In this document: positions 38,665 through 49,000 of the stretch, piece by piece
Position numbering within the stretch: the stretch's first letter is position 1
Layout: each line of letters begins with the position of its first letter
Origin: Thermoplasmatota archaeon
Lineage (GTDB): Archaea; Thermoplasmatota; Penumbrarchaeia; Penumbrarchaeales; Penumbrarchaeaceae
Length of the DNA stretch: 64,000 nt
Assembly: GCA_029762535.1 (NCBI GenBank)
Contig: JARVGK010000009.1
Span: 41,759-105,758, forward strand
Direction of reading: 5' to 3'
Notes under the pieces: generated by a model
What the model was told of the DNA's origin: nothing
Database searches by the model: none
Seen by the model: only the letters and a program-made list of their open reading frames with translations
Translations under genes and position numbers: made by a program

Positions 38665-41600
38665 ATGGATGATTGTACAAGTTCGATGCTGTGCAGGTAT
38701 TCTGCATACGTCCTGATCGTGGTCCTGATGGTCCTACCGACAATACAGAACATCGGAGGGCTCAAGATCACGGATTCGATGATATCGGAGGGAGTGAACC
38801 ATCCGGATGGCCCGCTCATCGGCATGATAACCGATATCGACCAGAGGTTGATGGACGATCTGATCGTATCCTATCCAGACTCTGACCTGAACGGCACCGG
38901 CTCTGGAGAGCTGCAGGTGTTCTTCGGGGAGGGGAACCCTTTGATGGACCTGGAACCGTCCAAGGCCGACATAACCATCATCGGCAGGCAGGGCTGGAGG
39001 CTGGGGGCCAGTTTCGCTTCTTGGGATTTCAACAGCAACGGTTGGAACGATCTTGTGATCGGCTGTCCCGGAGCGGGAAAGGTCCTGATCTTCGATTCTC
39101 TTAAGATCGCCATATCGGTCAAGGGAAGGGTCTTCTTGGACTCCGATGCCGACTGGGTCCTTGAATCGGACGGCACCAACGAATTCGGCACGGCCCTGCA
39201 CGCAGCGGAGTTCAGTGGGGACAATAAACAGGACCTCATGGTCCTCTCAACCAGGAACTCAACGGTGTCGCCCACCGTGACCGCATATTTGGGCGGCAGC
39301 CTCCCGGAGCGGGGAGTGACCTTTACCCTACCTATCAACTCCGTCACCTCATCGACGCGCACGACCAGCGTTGACATCGAAGGCAGAGGACACGATGCCC
39401 TCGTGTTCTCCGCTCCCGAGCATGCCTCCGTAAAATGGCTGTACCTGGACGTCGAGAACAGGGCAATTGTATTACCTGGATCGGACCCGGAAGGGACCGT
39501 AAGGTTCGATGGAACGATCGCCTCCTCGGGCAACACCTTTGGATGGGATGGGGATGATGACGGATGGGACACTTCACCGGCACACGTATATGACGATAAG
39601 TCGGGGACCGCTTCCGTAAGGTACAATCAGGCAACGGGAAACGTGGGGGGTTACAACAGGTCCGTCGATAGGGTCAAACAGCTTCAGATAGAGGTCGGAG
39701 GGGGCCTTCCGAACGGGGACGACATGTCCGGCGCTTACGGGGCCACGTTCCACCTCACCCAGGACGATGTCCTGGGGGCGAACGCCGCCATACTCTCCTT
39801 CAATTACCTGTACGAGAACTGGGGTTTCGAGAACGATGAGAGGATCTGGGTCAAGGGAAGGCTGTGGAATTCGAACGGCGACGAAAAATGGTTAGGCAGG
39901 CACATGGACTCCAACCCCGAGCCGGACCCCACCGAAGAGATATTCACAATGAGGGGTATAAACCAAGGGGGCCAGGGGATCAACACCGCAGGCAGCGGAC
40001 TTTATTCGGCGGACATGCTCGAACATCTAAGCGGAGCGGGGAAGTATTATATCGACATGGGTGGAAAGATATCGAGGTGGACCAACAATGTAGAGAGGGC
40101 GGCGTTCTGTTTCGATAACGTATCCTTCACCATAGTTCGCATCAACGTATCGACCAGGTCGATATCGGGGATGGGGGGACTCGGAAGCGCACTTCACTCC
40201 CAGGACGTGGATCTTGACGGTCACAGTGACCTCCTCATCTCGTCCCCCGCTGATGGGACGGTCAGGATATTCCTAGGGGGCGATCCACACTGGGGGACGC
40301 ATCAATCCTACAACGCGTTCCAATGCAACACCACCCTCAAAGGAAAGACCACCCAGGGCTTCGGCGCTTCGATGGCCTACATGCCAAAGACCCCTTTCAG
40401 CTTCTACCCATCCCTTCTTGTGTCCGATCCCAACGACCCGGTCGAAGGCGGCGGATCAGGAGCGCTCTATCATTATCTCTGCCCCCTTCCGGAAGGCGAT
40501 GTGATGCCCGATGCAGCCAGGGACATATACAACTCCCCTGATGGTATGGAGTCCTTCGGTTTCCAGGTCGTATTCGTCGGGGACCGGGACTACGACGATT
40601 ATCCGGAATGGAGGGCCCTTTCCTGGTCCGAACAGGGGAATCTTACCGTATCGAACGTGGATCCCTCCCCCAACGCCCCTTACCTGAGATTGGTCCACCC
40701 AAGGGCTTTGATGCAGGTGAAGGGCTTGGTGGAGATCAGGGTGGAGGTGTATGACCGCGACGGCGACTCCGATCCGTACGACCTCAAGGTCTATCGTTCC
40801 CTTGACAACAGGACATGGATATACCTCAACGATGTCCACAGGGTCGAGGACGATGTGGCGATGGTCCTATGGAACACCTCGAGGTTCGAGAACGGAGGGC
40901 ATTTCCTGAAGTTTTCGCTCCGGGACGCCTTCGGCCTGGAGACGGTCATATATTCGAACAGGATCGATGTGATCAACCATCGGCCGCCCCAGCTTACCCT
41001 GGCCTATCCTCTCGATGGGGACATCATGTCCGAAGAGGTCTCCATAACCGCAAGGACGGTAGTATCGAGCTGGGACGTGTTGTCCTCGCCCGTGAGGTTC
41101 TTCATGAGCAGGGATGGCGAGAACTTCACATCCCTAACCAGCCTCAACGTCCCCGATGATGAGCTTCTATCGAGGGAGTTCGTAGTCTATTTCAACACGT
41201 TCGAGCACGATGACGGCCCGATATGGTTCATGGTCAACGTCACAACGGAATACGGGCTGGGTACCCAGGTAAGGAATTCGATGCCGGCCTTCATAGATAA
41301 CGACTATCCCCCAAACGTCACGTTCCAATATCCTGCCCCGGGTTCCACCGTAAAGGGGACCATCAACGTTACCGCCAGGATCGTCGATCGCGACATGGAC
41401 CACATCCTTCCCCCCGTGCTTAATATCAGAGCGGAGGGAGAGGATTGGGTAGCGATAGGGGACATGGGGCAGGATGGGGATACGTTCTTCTTCGAATGGG
41501 ACACCACTACAGTGGAGAATGGGCATCACGATCTAGCGATCGATATCTCCGACCTCTCGCTGAACAACGTCTTTGAGCTGCTTGAGGACGGGGTCGTGGT

Positions 41601-42798
41601 CCACAACCCCTATCCACCCAGCGTCACGTTCGAGGATATCGGGTCCGGAGAGATGATAAGGGGAGACCTGAGGATCAGGGCGTTCGTGAACGACAGGGAT
41701 CTCAACATAGCTCCAGAAGGGATCTCATTCTACTACAAGGCCCAGGGTTCCAGTTCATGGACGCGCATAGACGGGGCCATCATCAGGGACAGGTATGCGG
41801 AAACGGTCTGGTACACGAGGACAGTGCCCAACGGCAGGTACGACCTGAGGGTGGACGTCAGGGACCAGGACAACCTCTCAGCGACGGATATCATCGAGGG
41901 GGTCACGGTAGACAACGCGTACCCGCCAAATGTCTCACCCCACAAGATCCCTTACCCAGGATCGAAGCTTTCCGGCGAGGTCACGCTGATGTTCAACGTT
42001 AGCGACGATGAGCCTGTCGATGTGAACGATATCATGATCGAGGTGTTCACCCTTACGACATGGGAGAAGCTCGAAGGCGTCTCCGTCCATCCGGACAGCC
42101 TGGCCTTCGTACCATGGGGCAACATGACCTATTATGTCGTCTGGGACACCCTCGAGAAAGGGCTGGCAGGGCACAGACGCTTTCCCGATTATCAGGGATA
42201 TCTTCTGAGGATCAACGTCACGGACGCCGATGGTGAGGTTGCGTCATGGCAGACCTCGGAGTCATACGAGGTTCTCAATCAAGAGAGCGATCATAGCGGT
42301 TTACTCGAAGGGCCCAGCAGGACCTGGTTGATCGCCGCCATCTTCTTCGGGGTGGTGTTCATCCTCCTCATACTCCTGCTCCTTTTCTTCCTTGTCTTCG
42401 CCGAAGGCAGATCTCCGAGGAAGGGGGAGGAGGCGTTCATACCCGCGATCACCGCACCGCCTCCCTTGCCTCCGGAGCCGGCCAAGGCTCCGGTAGAACC
42501 CAGCGCCGCCGACATCTACGCTCCGGTCACCGGTCTGGGCGAGCAGGCACAGACACCACCCAGCATCGAGGAACTGGAAGATCACTTCGATGCCATGAAC
42601 ATCGCTCAAGAAGCGAAGGCGCCTCCGGAGCCGATCGAGAGGATAAGGTCCGAACCGAGCCCGCCAAGGAAGCGCGGGTTCAGGTACGAGGGCATGGACA
42701 TCGACTCGATACTGCCATCGAGCGTCCTTCCCAAAAAGCTTCGAGTCGAAGAGGAAGAGGATTGGGGAGAGGACGAGTTCGAGGATTGGGAGGAATGA
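38665..42798 (+). CDS. Membrane-anchored surface protein with FG-GAP-like repeats and Ig-like domains
   Basis: DFNSNGWNDLVIG, DVDLDGHSDLLIS; repeated W(N/D)TxxxxNG Ig-like units; TM and acidic tail. Confidence 0.85.
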   Translation: MDDCTSSMLCRYSAYVLIVVLMVLPTIQNIGGLKITDSMISEGVNHPDGPLIGMITDIDQRLMDDLIVSYPDSDLNGTGSGELQVFFGEGNPLMDLEPSKADITIIGRQGWRLGASFASWDFNSNGWNDLVIGCPGAGKVLIFDSLKIAISVKGRVFLDSDADWVLESDGTNEFGTALHAAEFSGDNKQDLMVLSTRNSTVSPTVTAYLGGSLPERGVTFTLPINSVTSSTRTTSVDIEGRGHDALVFSAPEHASVKWLYLDVENRAIVLPGSDPEGTVRFDGTIASSGNTFGWDGDDDGWDTSPAHVYDDKSGTASVRYNQATGNVGGYNRSVDRVKQLQIEVGGGLPNGDDMSGAYGATFHLTQDDVLGANAAILSFNYLYENWGFENDERIWVKGRLWNSNGDEKWLGRHMDSNPEPDPTEEIFTMRGINQGGQGINTAGSGLYSADMLEHLSGAGKYYIDMGGKISRWTNNVERAAFCFDNVSFTIVRINVSTRSISGMGGLGSALHSQDVDLDGHSDLLISSPADGTVRIFLGGDPHWGTHQSYNAFQCNTTLKGKTTQGFGASMAYMPKTPFSFYPSLLVSDPNDPVEGGGSGALYHYLCPLPEGDVMPDAARDIYNSPDGMESFGFQVVFVGDRDYDDYPEWRALSWSEQGNLTVSNVDPSPNAPYLRLVHPRALMQVKGLVEIRVEVYDRDGDSDPYDLKVYRSLDNRTWIYLNDVHRVEDDVAMVLWNTSRFENGGHFLKFSLRDAFGLETVIYSNRIDVINHRPPQLTLAYPLDGDIMSEEVSITARTVVSSWDVLSSPVRFFMSRDGENFTSLTSLNVPDDELLSREFVVYFNTFEHDDGPIWFMVNVTTEYGLGTQVRNSMPAFIDNDYPPNVTFQYPAPGSTVKGTINVTARIVDRDMDHILPPVLNIRAEGEDWVAIGDMGQDGDTFFFEWDTTTVENGHHDLAIDISDLSLNNVFELLEDGVVVHNPYPPSVTFEDIGSGEMIRGDLRIRAFVNDRDLNIAPEGISFYYKAQGSSSWTRIDGAIIRDRYAETVWYTRTVPNGRYDLRVDVRDQDNLSATDIIEGVTVDNAYPPNVSPHKIPYPGSKLSGEVTLMFNVSDDEPVDVNDIMIEVFTLTTWEKLEGVSVHPDSLAFVPWGNMTYYVVWDTLEKGLAGHRRFPDYQGYLLRINVTDADGEVASWQTSESYEVLNQESDHSGLLEGPSRTWLIAAIFFGVVFILLILLLLFFLVFAEGRSPRKGEEAFIPAITAPPPLPPEPAKAPVEPSAADIYAPVTGLGEQAQTPPSIEELEDHFDAMNIAQEAKAPPEPIERIRSEPSPPRKRGFRYEGMDIDSILPSSVLPKKLRVEEEEDWGEDEFEDWEE

Positions 42799-42846
42799 CA
42801 GCATAAGGGACATATATCCCCTTCAGTCTACGGTAAGCCGGGAAGA

Positions 42847-44901
42847 ATGAACAAAGGCACGATCGCTTTGGTTGCGCTACTGATCGCAATGCCCTTTCTG
42901 AACAGCGCTCAGGGCCAGGCTGGGATAGTCCTCATCATAGTGTCGCCCGAGAGGGACAGTGTCATCTCGGGTGAGGCCCCTTTCGGGATCGCCTACGACA
43001 ATCCGATGGGATCCAACCTGAGCATATCGCTTCTGATATCCGAGGACCCACTCTCGGAGGATTGGGGTATCATAGGCGCATCGACAACCACCAGCACCTC
43101 CGGGACGATCGATATATCCTTCGATACGACAGCGGTCAGGAACGGACAGTATCATTTCAGAGCGAGGGCGGATCATTCTACTGGCCACGTCACAAGCGAT
43201 GTTTACGGCCCTGTAACGGTGTTCAACCCTCAGTATCCATTCATAAAATGGATATCCCCTGCAACCGGGAATACCATCACTGGCAATTTCACCCTGAAGG
43301 CCAATATCACGGGCGATCACGGAGGGTTCGCGTCCACGCCCATGTTCCTATATTCCAGGGATCCTGCCGATGGATGGACCCTCATCGGCCAGGGCTGCCT
43401 CGTCGAGAATTCGACCGTGTGGACCTGCATATGGAGGACATGGGGCATCCCGGATGGTGCCATTTACCTGAAGGCCAATGCCACAAGCGCCCACGGCCTC
43501 TATTCCGAGGCGGTCATCGGACCCATCTCACTTGACAACGAATACCCTCCATCCGTTGAACTTCTGACGCCCCAGGAGGGCATGACCCTCAGCGGAACGA
43601 TCACGTTGAAGGCGACGGCATACGATCCCGATGACAATATCGACAGAGACGGCGTTGTCTTCTTCTACTCTTCGGAGGGCGATGAGGGATTGAGGAGAAT
43701 TGGCAACGATGCGGATCCCAAGAACGGAGAATATTCCATAAATTGGAACACGAGCAGGGTCCCCAACGGCCGTTATTCGCTTTGGGCCTATGCCAGGGAC
43801 ACTGGAAAGCCGTCCACCGCCTCCTGGCACAGGCACAATGTATCGATAATGAACCCACTGACGGTCCTTAGAATACGTTCCATCGGCCGGTCCGAGAATG
43901 CCTGGGAGGTGGAGGTCGTTATGCCGGAGGCACATCTGGCTTACCCCTTAACGATCAGGATCGAGGTCGATCCCGGCACCGGTTTCAGGTTCTCGAACCG
44001 CATCGAGGTGGGATCCGAACCGGTAGAGGCGGGACCCTTCCGCTTCAGGGCCAAGATCCCCACCAACGGAATGCCGGAGGGCAACATATCGGTGAGGGTC
44101 ACCGTAATGGACAGGGCAGGGGCCTCCGGTTCGTTCCTCGCCAGGGACCTGTTCTGGTTCCATCCTCTCATACGTCCTATGGTCAGAGTACTCCGACCCT
44201 TGGGAGCTCTGAAGGGCAACGCCTCTATACTGGCCGAGGTGACGGATGATGACATTCCGCTCAGCGGTCCCGTATATTTCTCCTACTCCGGCGACAACAG
44301 GTCCTGGGCTCTTATCGGAAAGGGGTCCTTCTTCCAGGGAAACACTTACAAGGTCATATGGAACACATTTCTCGTCCCCAACGGCACTTATTTCATCAGG
44401 GCCAACCACACGGACAGGGACGGGCTCGAGGCGGAGGCGTTCTTGGGAGGATTCGAGGTGAAGAACGAGATCGGACCTGCCGATGGCCCCCCAGCTGCTG
44501 TTGAGAAATGGTACGAGACGCCGAAAGGTATCCTTTACGTGTTGTCCGCGGCAATACTGGTGTCAGGACTTGCCGCAGCGGTGATCGCTCTGACCGTTGG
44601 ACTGGTCAAGAAGGACCTGACCCGCAGGGAGAGGAAGAGAAAGGCCGCTGAGGATCGCAGGAGGCAGGAGAATATGGTCCACAGGGCAAGGGCCAGGGAG
44701 AAGGAATTGAGCCGGGTCATGACGATAGGGTCCAAGTTCGAGGAGCCTGTTAGGAAACCGGCCCCCAGGGGAGCTGTGCCCCTGAAGCCCGCGGAGATGG
44801 GGATAAAGAAGAAGGATGACATTCCCCAAGAGACCGCTGCAGCGCCAAGGATACAGGAGTTCGAGGAGCCCGCCAGCCCACAATACGAGTACATCAAATG
44901 A
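42847..44901 (+). CDS. Ig-like repeat surface protein
   Basis: Signal peptide, WNTxxVPNGxY repeats, C-terminal TM and basic tail. Confidence 0.85.
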   Translation: MNKGTIALVALLIAMPFLNSAQGQAGIVLIIVSPERDSVISGEAPFGIAYDNPMGSNLSISLLISEDPLSEDWGIIGASTTTSTSGTIDISFDTTAVRNGQYHFRARADHSTGHVTSDVYGPVTVFNPQYPFIKWISPATGNTITGNFTLKANITGDHGGFASTPMFLYSRDPADGWTLIGQGCLVENSTVWTCIWRTWGIPDGAIYLKANATSAHGLYSEAVIGPISLDNEYPPSVELLTPQEGMTLSGTITLKATAYDPDDNIDRDGVVFFYSSEGDEGLRRIGNDADPKNGEYSINWNTSRVPNGRYSLWAYARDTGKPSTASWHRHNVSIMNPLTVLRIRSIGRSENAWEVEVVMPEAHLAYPLTIRIEVDPGTGFRFSNRIEVGSEPVEAGPFRFRAKIPTNGMPEGNISVRVTVMDRAGASGSFLARDLFWFHPLIRPMVRVLRPLGALKGNASILAEVTDDDIPLSGPVYFSYSGDNRSWALIGKGSFFQGNTYKVIWNTFLVPNGTYFIRANHTDRDGLEAEAFLGGFEVKNEIGPADGPPAAVEKWYETPKGILYVLSAAILVSGLAAAVIALTVGLVKKDLTRRERKRKAAEDRRRQENMVHRARAREKELSRVMTIGSKFEEPVRKPAPRGAVPLKPAEMGIKKKDDIPQETAAAPRIQEFEEPASPQYEYIK

Positions 44902-44961
44902 TGCGCGATGTCCATTCCTTTGTAAAAGGAACGTTCCAATCTTCTTTATTATTAAAATGCG

Positions 44962-45876
44962 ATGATACCAATGATGTCGATCGGAGCATCTCCGTCAGAG
45001 CACAAGGTGCAAGGGGGAAGGAGGGGAGGGCATGGACCTCGATCTATGTGGATCGTATCCGCGGCGATCGCGGTCCTCGTCCTCATCCCTTATGCGGCCT
45101 CGGCGTTCACGGACGAGGACCAAGACGGCATAGACGACGATTGGGAGAGGATATACGATCTCGATCCAACGGACCCGACGGACGCCGAGGAGGATCCCGA
45201 CGGGGACGGTTTCACGAACCTTGAGGAATACAAAAACGGGACCGATCCGACGGACCCCTATAGCTATCCGCGCGGACCCAATGACGGAACTGCTGAGGAA
45301 AAGGACGCATCGGGAATGGCCTCCTCCATTGGGGTGTGCATGTTCGTTCTGGGGTCCTCCGTGGTTCTTCTGATCATTTTCGGCATCTACACGAAGATCC
45401 GCAAGGAGAGGCTGCTCGATCACGAGACAAGGAAGAGGATCGTGGAGCATTTAAGGAGGAATCCCGGGGCCCATTACTCGGCGATCCTCGGCGATCTGGG
45501 ACTGCCCCACGGGGTCCTGACCCATCACCTGAACATGCTCGAGTCCCAGGAGCTTGTATTCTCGAAGCAGGACAGGCATTACAGGAGATTCTACGTGGAC
45601 GGCATGTACATGACCGGGCCTCTGATCCTGGGCACACAGAAGGCGATATTGGACGAGATCAGGAGATCCCCGGGGAGGAGCCAGAGCGAGGTGGCCAGAA
45701 AGCTTGGGATCAGCCGGATGGTGGTGTATTACCATATAACGGAGCTTGAGAAGATGGGGCTTGCCTCCGCGAGAAAGGACGGGAGGTCGACCGGTCTTTA
45801 TCCCTCCCCGGTTTTACCGGGGGATATGCCGGGATCCGGCCTTCATAGTAGCAGAACAGGAATCGAGAACGTGTGA
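44962..45876 (+). CDS. Membrane-anchored double-wHTH regulator with extracellular Ca-binding-like repeats
   Basis: Hydrophobic leader, DEDQDGIDDDWE / DPDGDGFTNLEEY..GTDP, TM, LLDHETRKRI..NPG wHTH and second HTH; alternative start 45046. Confidence 0.85.
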   Translation: MIPMMSIGASPSEHKVQGGRRGGHGPRSMWIVSAAIAVLVLIPYAASAFTDEDQDGIDDDWERIYDLDPTDPTDAEEDPDGDGFTNLEEYKNGTDPTDPYSYPRGPNDGTAEEKDASGMASSIGVCMFVLGSSVVLLIIFGIYTKIRKERLLDHETRKRIVEHLRRNPGAHYSAILGDLGLPHGVLTHHLNMLESQELVFSKQDRHYRRFYVDGMYMTGPLILGTQKAILDEIRRSPGRSQSEVARKLGISRMVVYYHITELEKMGLASARKDGRSTGLYPSPVLPGDMPGSGLHSSRTGIENV

Positions 45877-46036
45877 GAACCGATCTCCCCCTTTCCGGAT
45901 CGTTCCAATAAAAAACCAAAGATTATATATTCGCCGAAGAGGAATGGATCCCATCTGTATGTTTGTTAAATCGTTCCCGGATATTCCACATTGGATCTTC
46001 CGGGGATCCAAATGAAAGTAAAAAAAAGGTGAGTAT

Positions 46037-49000
46037 ATGGTATATAAAAGGATCATCCCGCTATGTTCGATCCTCATCCTGATCTTATCAGCGATCCCCG
46101 TCATGCGAAACGAAAACGCAGAAGGCAAGAATGGATCCTTTGGAGGCGGTTCGGGGACCGTGGCGGATCCGTATATCATTGAAGATGTATGGGATCTACA
46201 GGCGATGAAGAACGACACCAAAGCGCATTACGCTCTATCGAATGATATAGATGCATCGGACACTGAGAATTGGAATGGAGGTGCTGGATTCGAACCCGTC
46301 GGAACAATGCCAGACGTTTTTTCCGGTTCTTTGGAAGGAGGAGGTTATAGTATCATCTCTTTATTTATCAATAGATCCTCAGCATCGTATATAGGTCTAT
46401 TCGCATCGACCCAGACAGGCAGCCGAATAGCAAACCTGAGCTTGATCGATCTGAGAGTATCGGGATGGGATTCCGTTGGGGGTCTTGTGGGTCTCAATAG
46501 GGCTTCGATCCGCAACTGTATCCTATCGGGAACAGTTGTGGGATCTTCTTATAGGGCAGGTGGATTATCAGGGGTGAACCGAGGAATGATAAATAATTCC
46601 TCATTCAGTGGAGATGTCACTGGGAAAGCTTATACTGGAGGGGTGGTTGGTGATAATTATGAATTGATCGTCGGATGTTATTCTTCGGCTAATGTTAGTG
46701 GAACGGATTATGTCGGAGGTCTAGCCGGAGGGGGGGGGGAAATACATAATTCTTCAGCCTCATGTATAGTGATGGGCGGATATTCCGTAGGTGGACTTGC
46801 CGGTTATGGGCACATTATACATAATTCCTATTCGAAGTCGAACGTTTCTGGATCTTCGATGGGCGGTCTGGTCGCTCAAGGCCATATTTCTATCTATAAT
46901 TCCTACTACAACATTGATAAAGTAACCCTTAATGGCAAGCACATGGTCACGGATTGGGGACTGTTCGATAATCAATATAATGACTGGTTTTCCAATGATC
47001 TTTCCCTGAACATCTCTCACTATAACAACAGTATCGTCTTTTCCGGGGACCATTATACAATTAATTCTTTACAAGGTTTTAAGGACCTATTGGGGTTCAA
47101 AAACGAGCCCATACACGTTCGACTTGGCTCGGACATCGATATGTCTAATATATCGGGCTTTTACATCCCATCTATGGCTATAAGCACTTTTGATGGTGGG
47201 GGGCATAACATATCCAATTTCAAGATAGATCAGGTCGATACCGGGCCGATGGGATTCATAGGAATATCGACAATTACCCACATTAAAGATTTGAAATTGA
47301 AGAACGTGAATATTACTGGAGATAATGATGTTGGAGGAATAGCTGGATGGTCCCAATCGGTTTTCACCAATGTCACTGTCGAGAACGTGAATATTACTGG
47401 AGATACAGATGTTGGAGGAATAGTTGGACGGTCCCAATCGTTTTTCACCAATGTCACTGTCGAGGGGAGCATCGAAGGATCCTCGCGTGTTGGTGGAGTA
47501 ACAGGACTGAATTATGGGTCAGTATTGAACTCCTCTGCAAATGTCTATATCGAGGGAGAGTACGAGGTAGGGGGGTTGGTTGGATGGAATCAAGGGATGG
47601 TGAATAATTCTTTTTCACTATCGAATATTTCAGGGGATTCGAACGTTGGGGGACTTGTGGGTATGAATGACGGGACAATAGAAAGATGTTATGCCCAAAG
47701 TAGAGTAGAAGGTTCTAATGCAGGCGGTCTGGTCGGCAAAAATTATAATGTTATTTCCGAATCGTTTTCGATCGGCAAGGCGACAGGGGAAAAAAACATA
47801 GGCGGTCTTGTAGGATATAATGGATATCACATATCGGATTCCTACTCTTGGGTTGATGTGGAAGGATCCCTTTATATTGGAGGGTTGATCGGATATCATA
47901 AGGGTGGAACGATTCAGAATTCATATTCATCAGGCAATGTAACGGGCACGATAAGTGTTGGCGGATTGATCGGATACAAACTTAATTCCGATATAAATAA
48001 CTGTTATTGGGATATGGATTCATCACATCAAACAGATAGCGCAGGAGGGAAAGGTTTCACTACGAATGACATGATGAAAAAGGATTCATATTACAGATGG
48101 GACTTTTTAAATATATGGTGTATCATAGAAACGACAACTTATCCATTATTGAGATGGCAGGATAAGAGGCCGCCAATTGCTGATTGCGGTCCTGACATGA
48201 TCTGCGATGTCGGGATCCCCGTACACTTCGATGGAAGTAGAAGTTCGGATGATACAGGGATCGCCAACTATACCTGGACGTTCAACGATGGATCGTATGA
48301 TATCTATCTCTTTGGCATAGCTCCTTCACACAACTTCAGAAAGATGGGTATTATCAATGTCACACTGACGGTTACGGATCCGGTTGGCTTGTTGGATACG
48401 GACACACTGAAAATAACCTTGATAGATACTACAAGACCGATCGCCAATGCAGGGCCGGACCAGACAGTGGATGAGGATCAAGAAGTATCTTTCGATGGTA
48501 GCGCAAGCTCGGATAATTGTGAGATCATCAACTATACCTGGACATTTCATGACGGGATCTCGGATAGGACCCTGTTCGGCATCTCTCCTTCACATCGGTT
48601 TGACATACCGGGAATATACTTGGTCTCTCTAAATGTGACCGATGCGGTTGATCTCTATGATATCGACAACATGACCCTCACTGTCAAAGATTGCATCGAT
48701 CCCGTTGCAGATGCAGGACCAGACCAAACGGTGAACGAGGGCGAAGAGGTGTTCTTCGACGGAAGCCGAAGCTCTGATGACGGGGGTATCTCCAATTACA
48801 CATGGTTATTCACGGACATAACAACACCTGTTACCTTATTCGGTGTGAATCCCTCGTATACATTCCACACGCCGGGCACATATAACGTGATCTTGAAAGT
48901 CATTGATTTTGAACGATTCTGGGACACGGATTCCACGATGGTCCATGTAAGGGACATCACACCACCATTGGCCGATGCAGGACCGGACCAGATAATCGAT

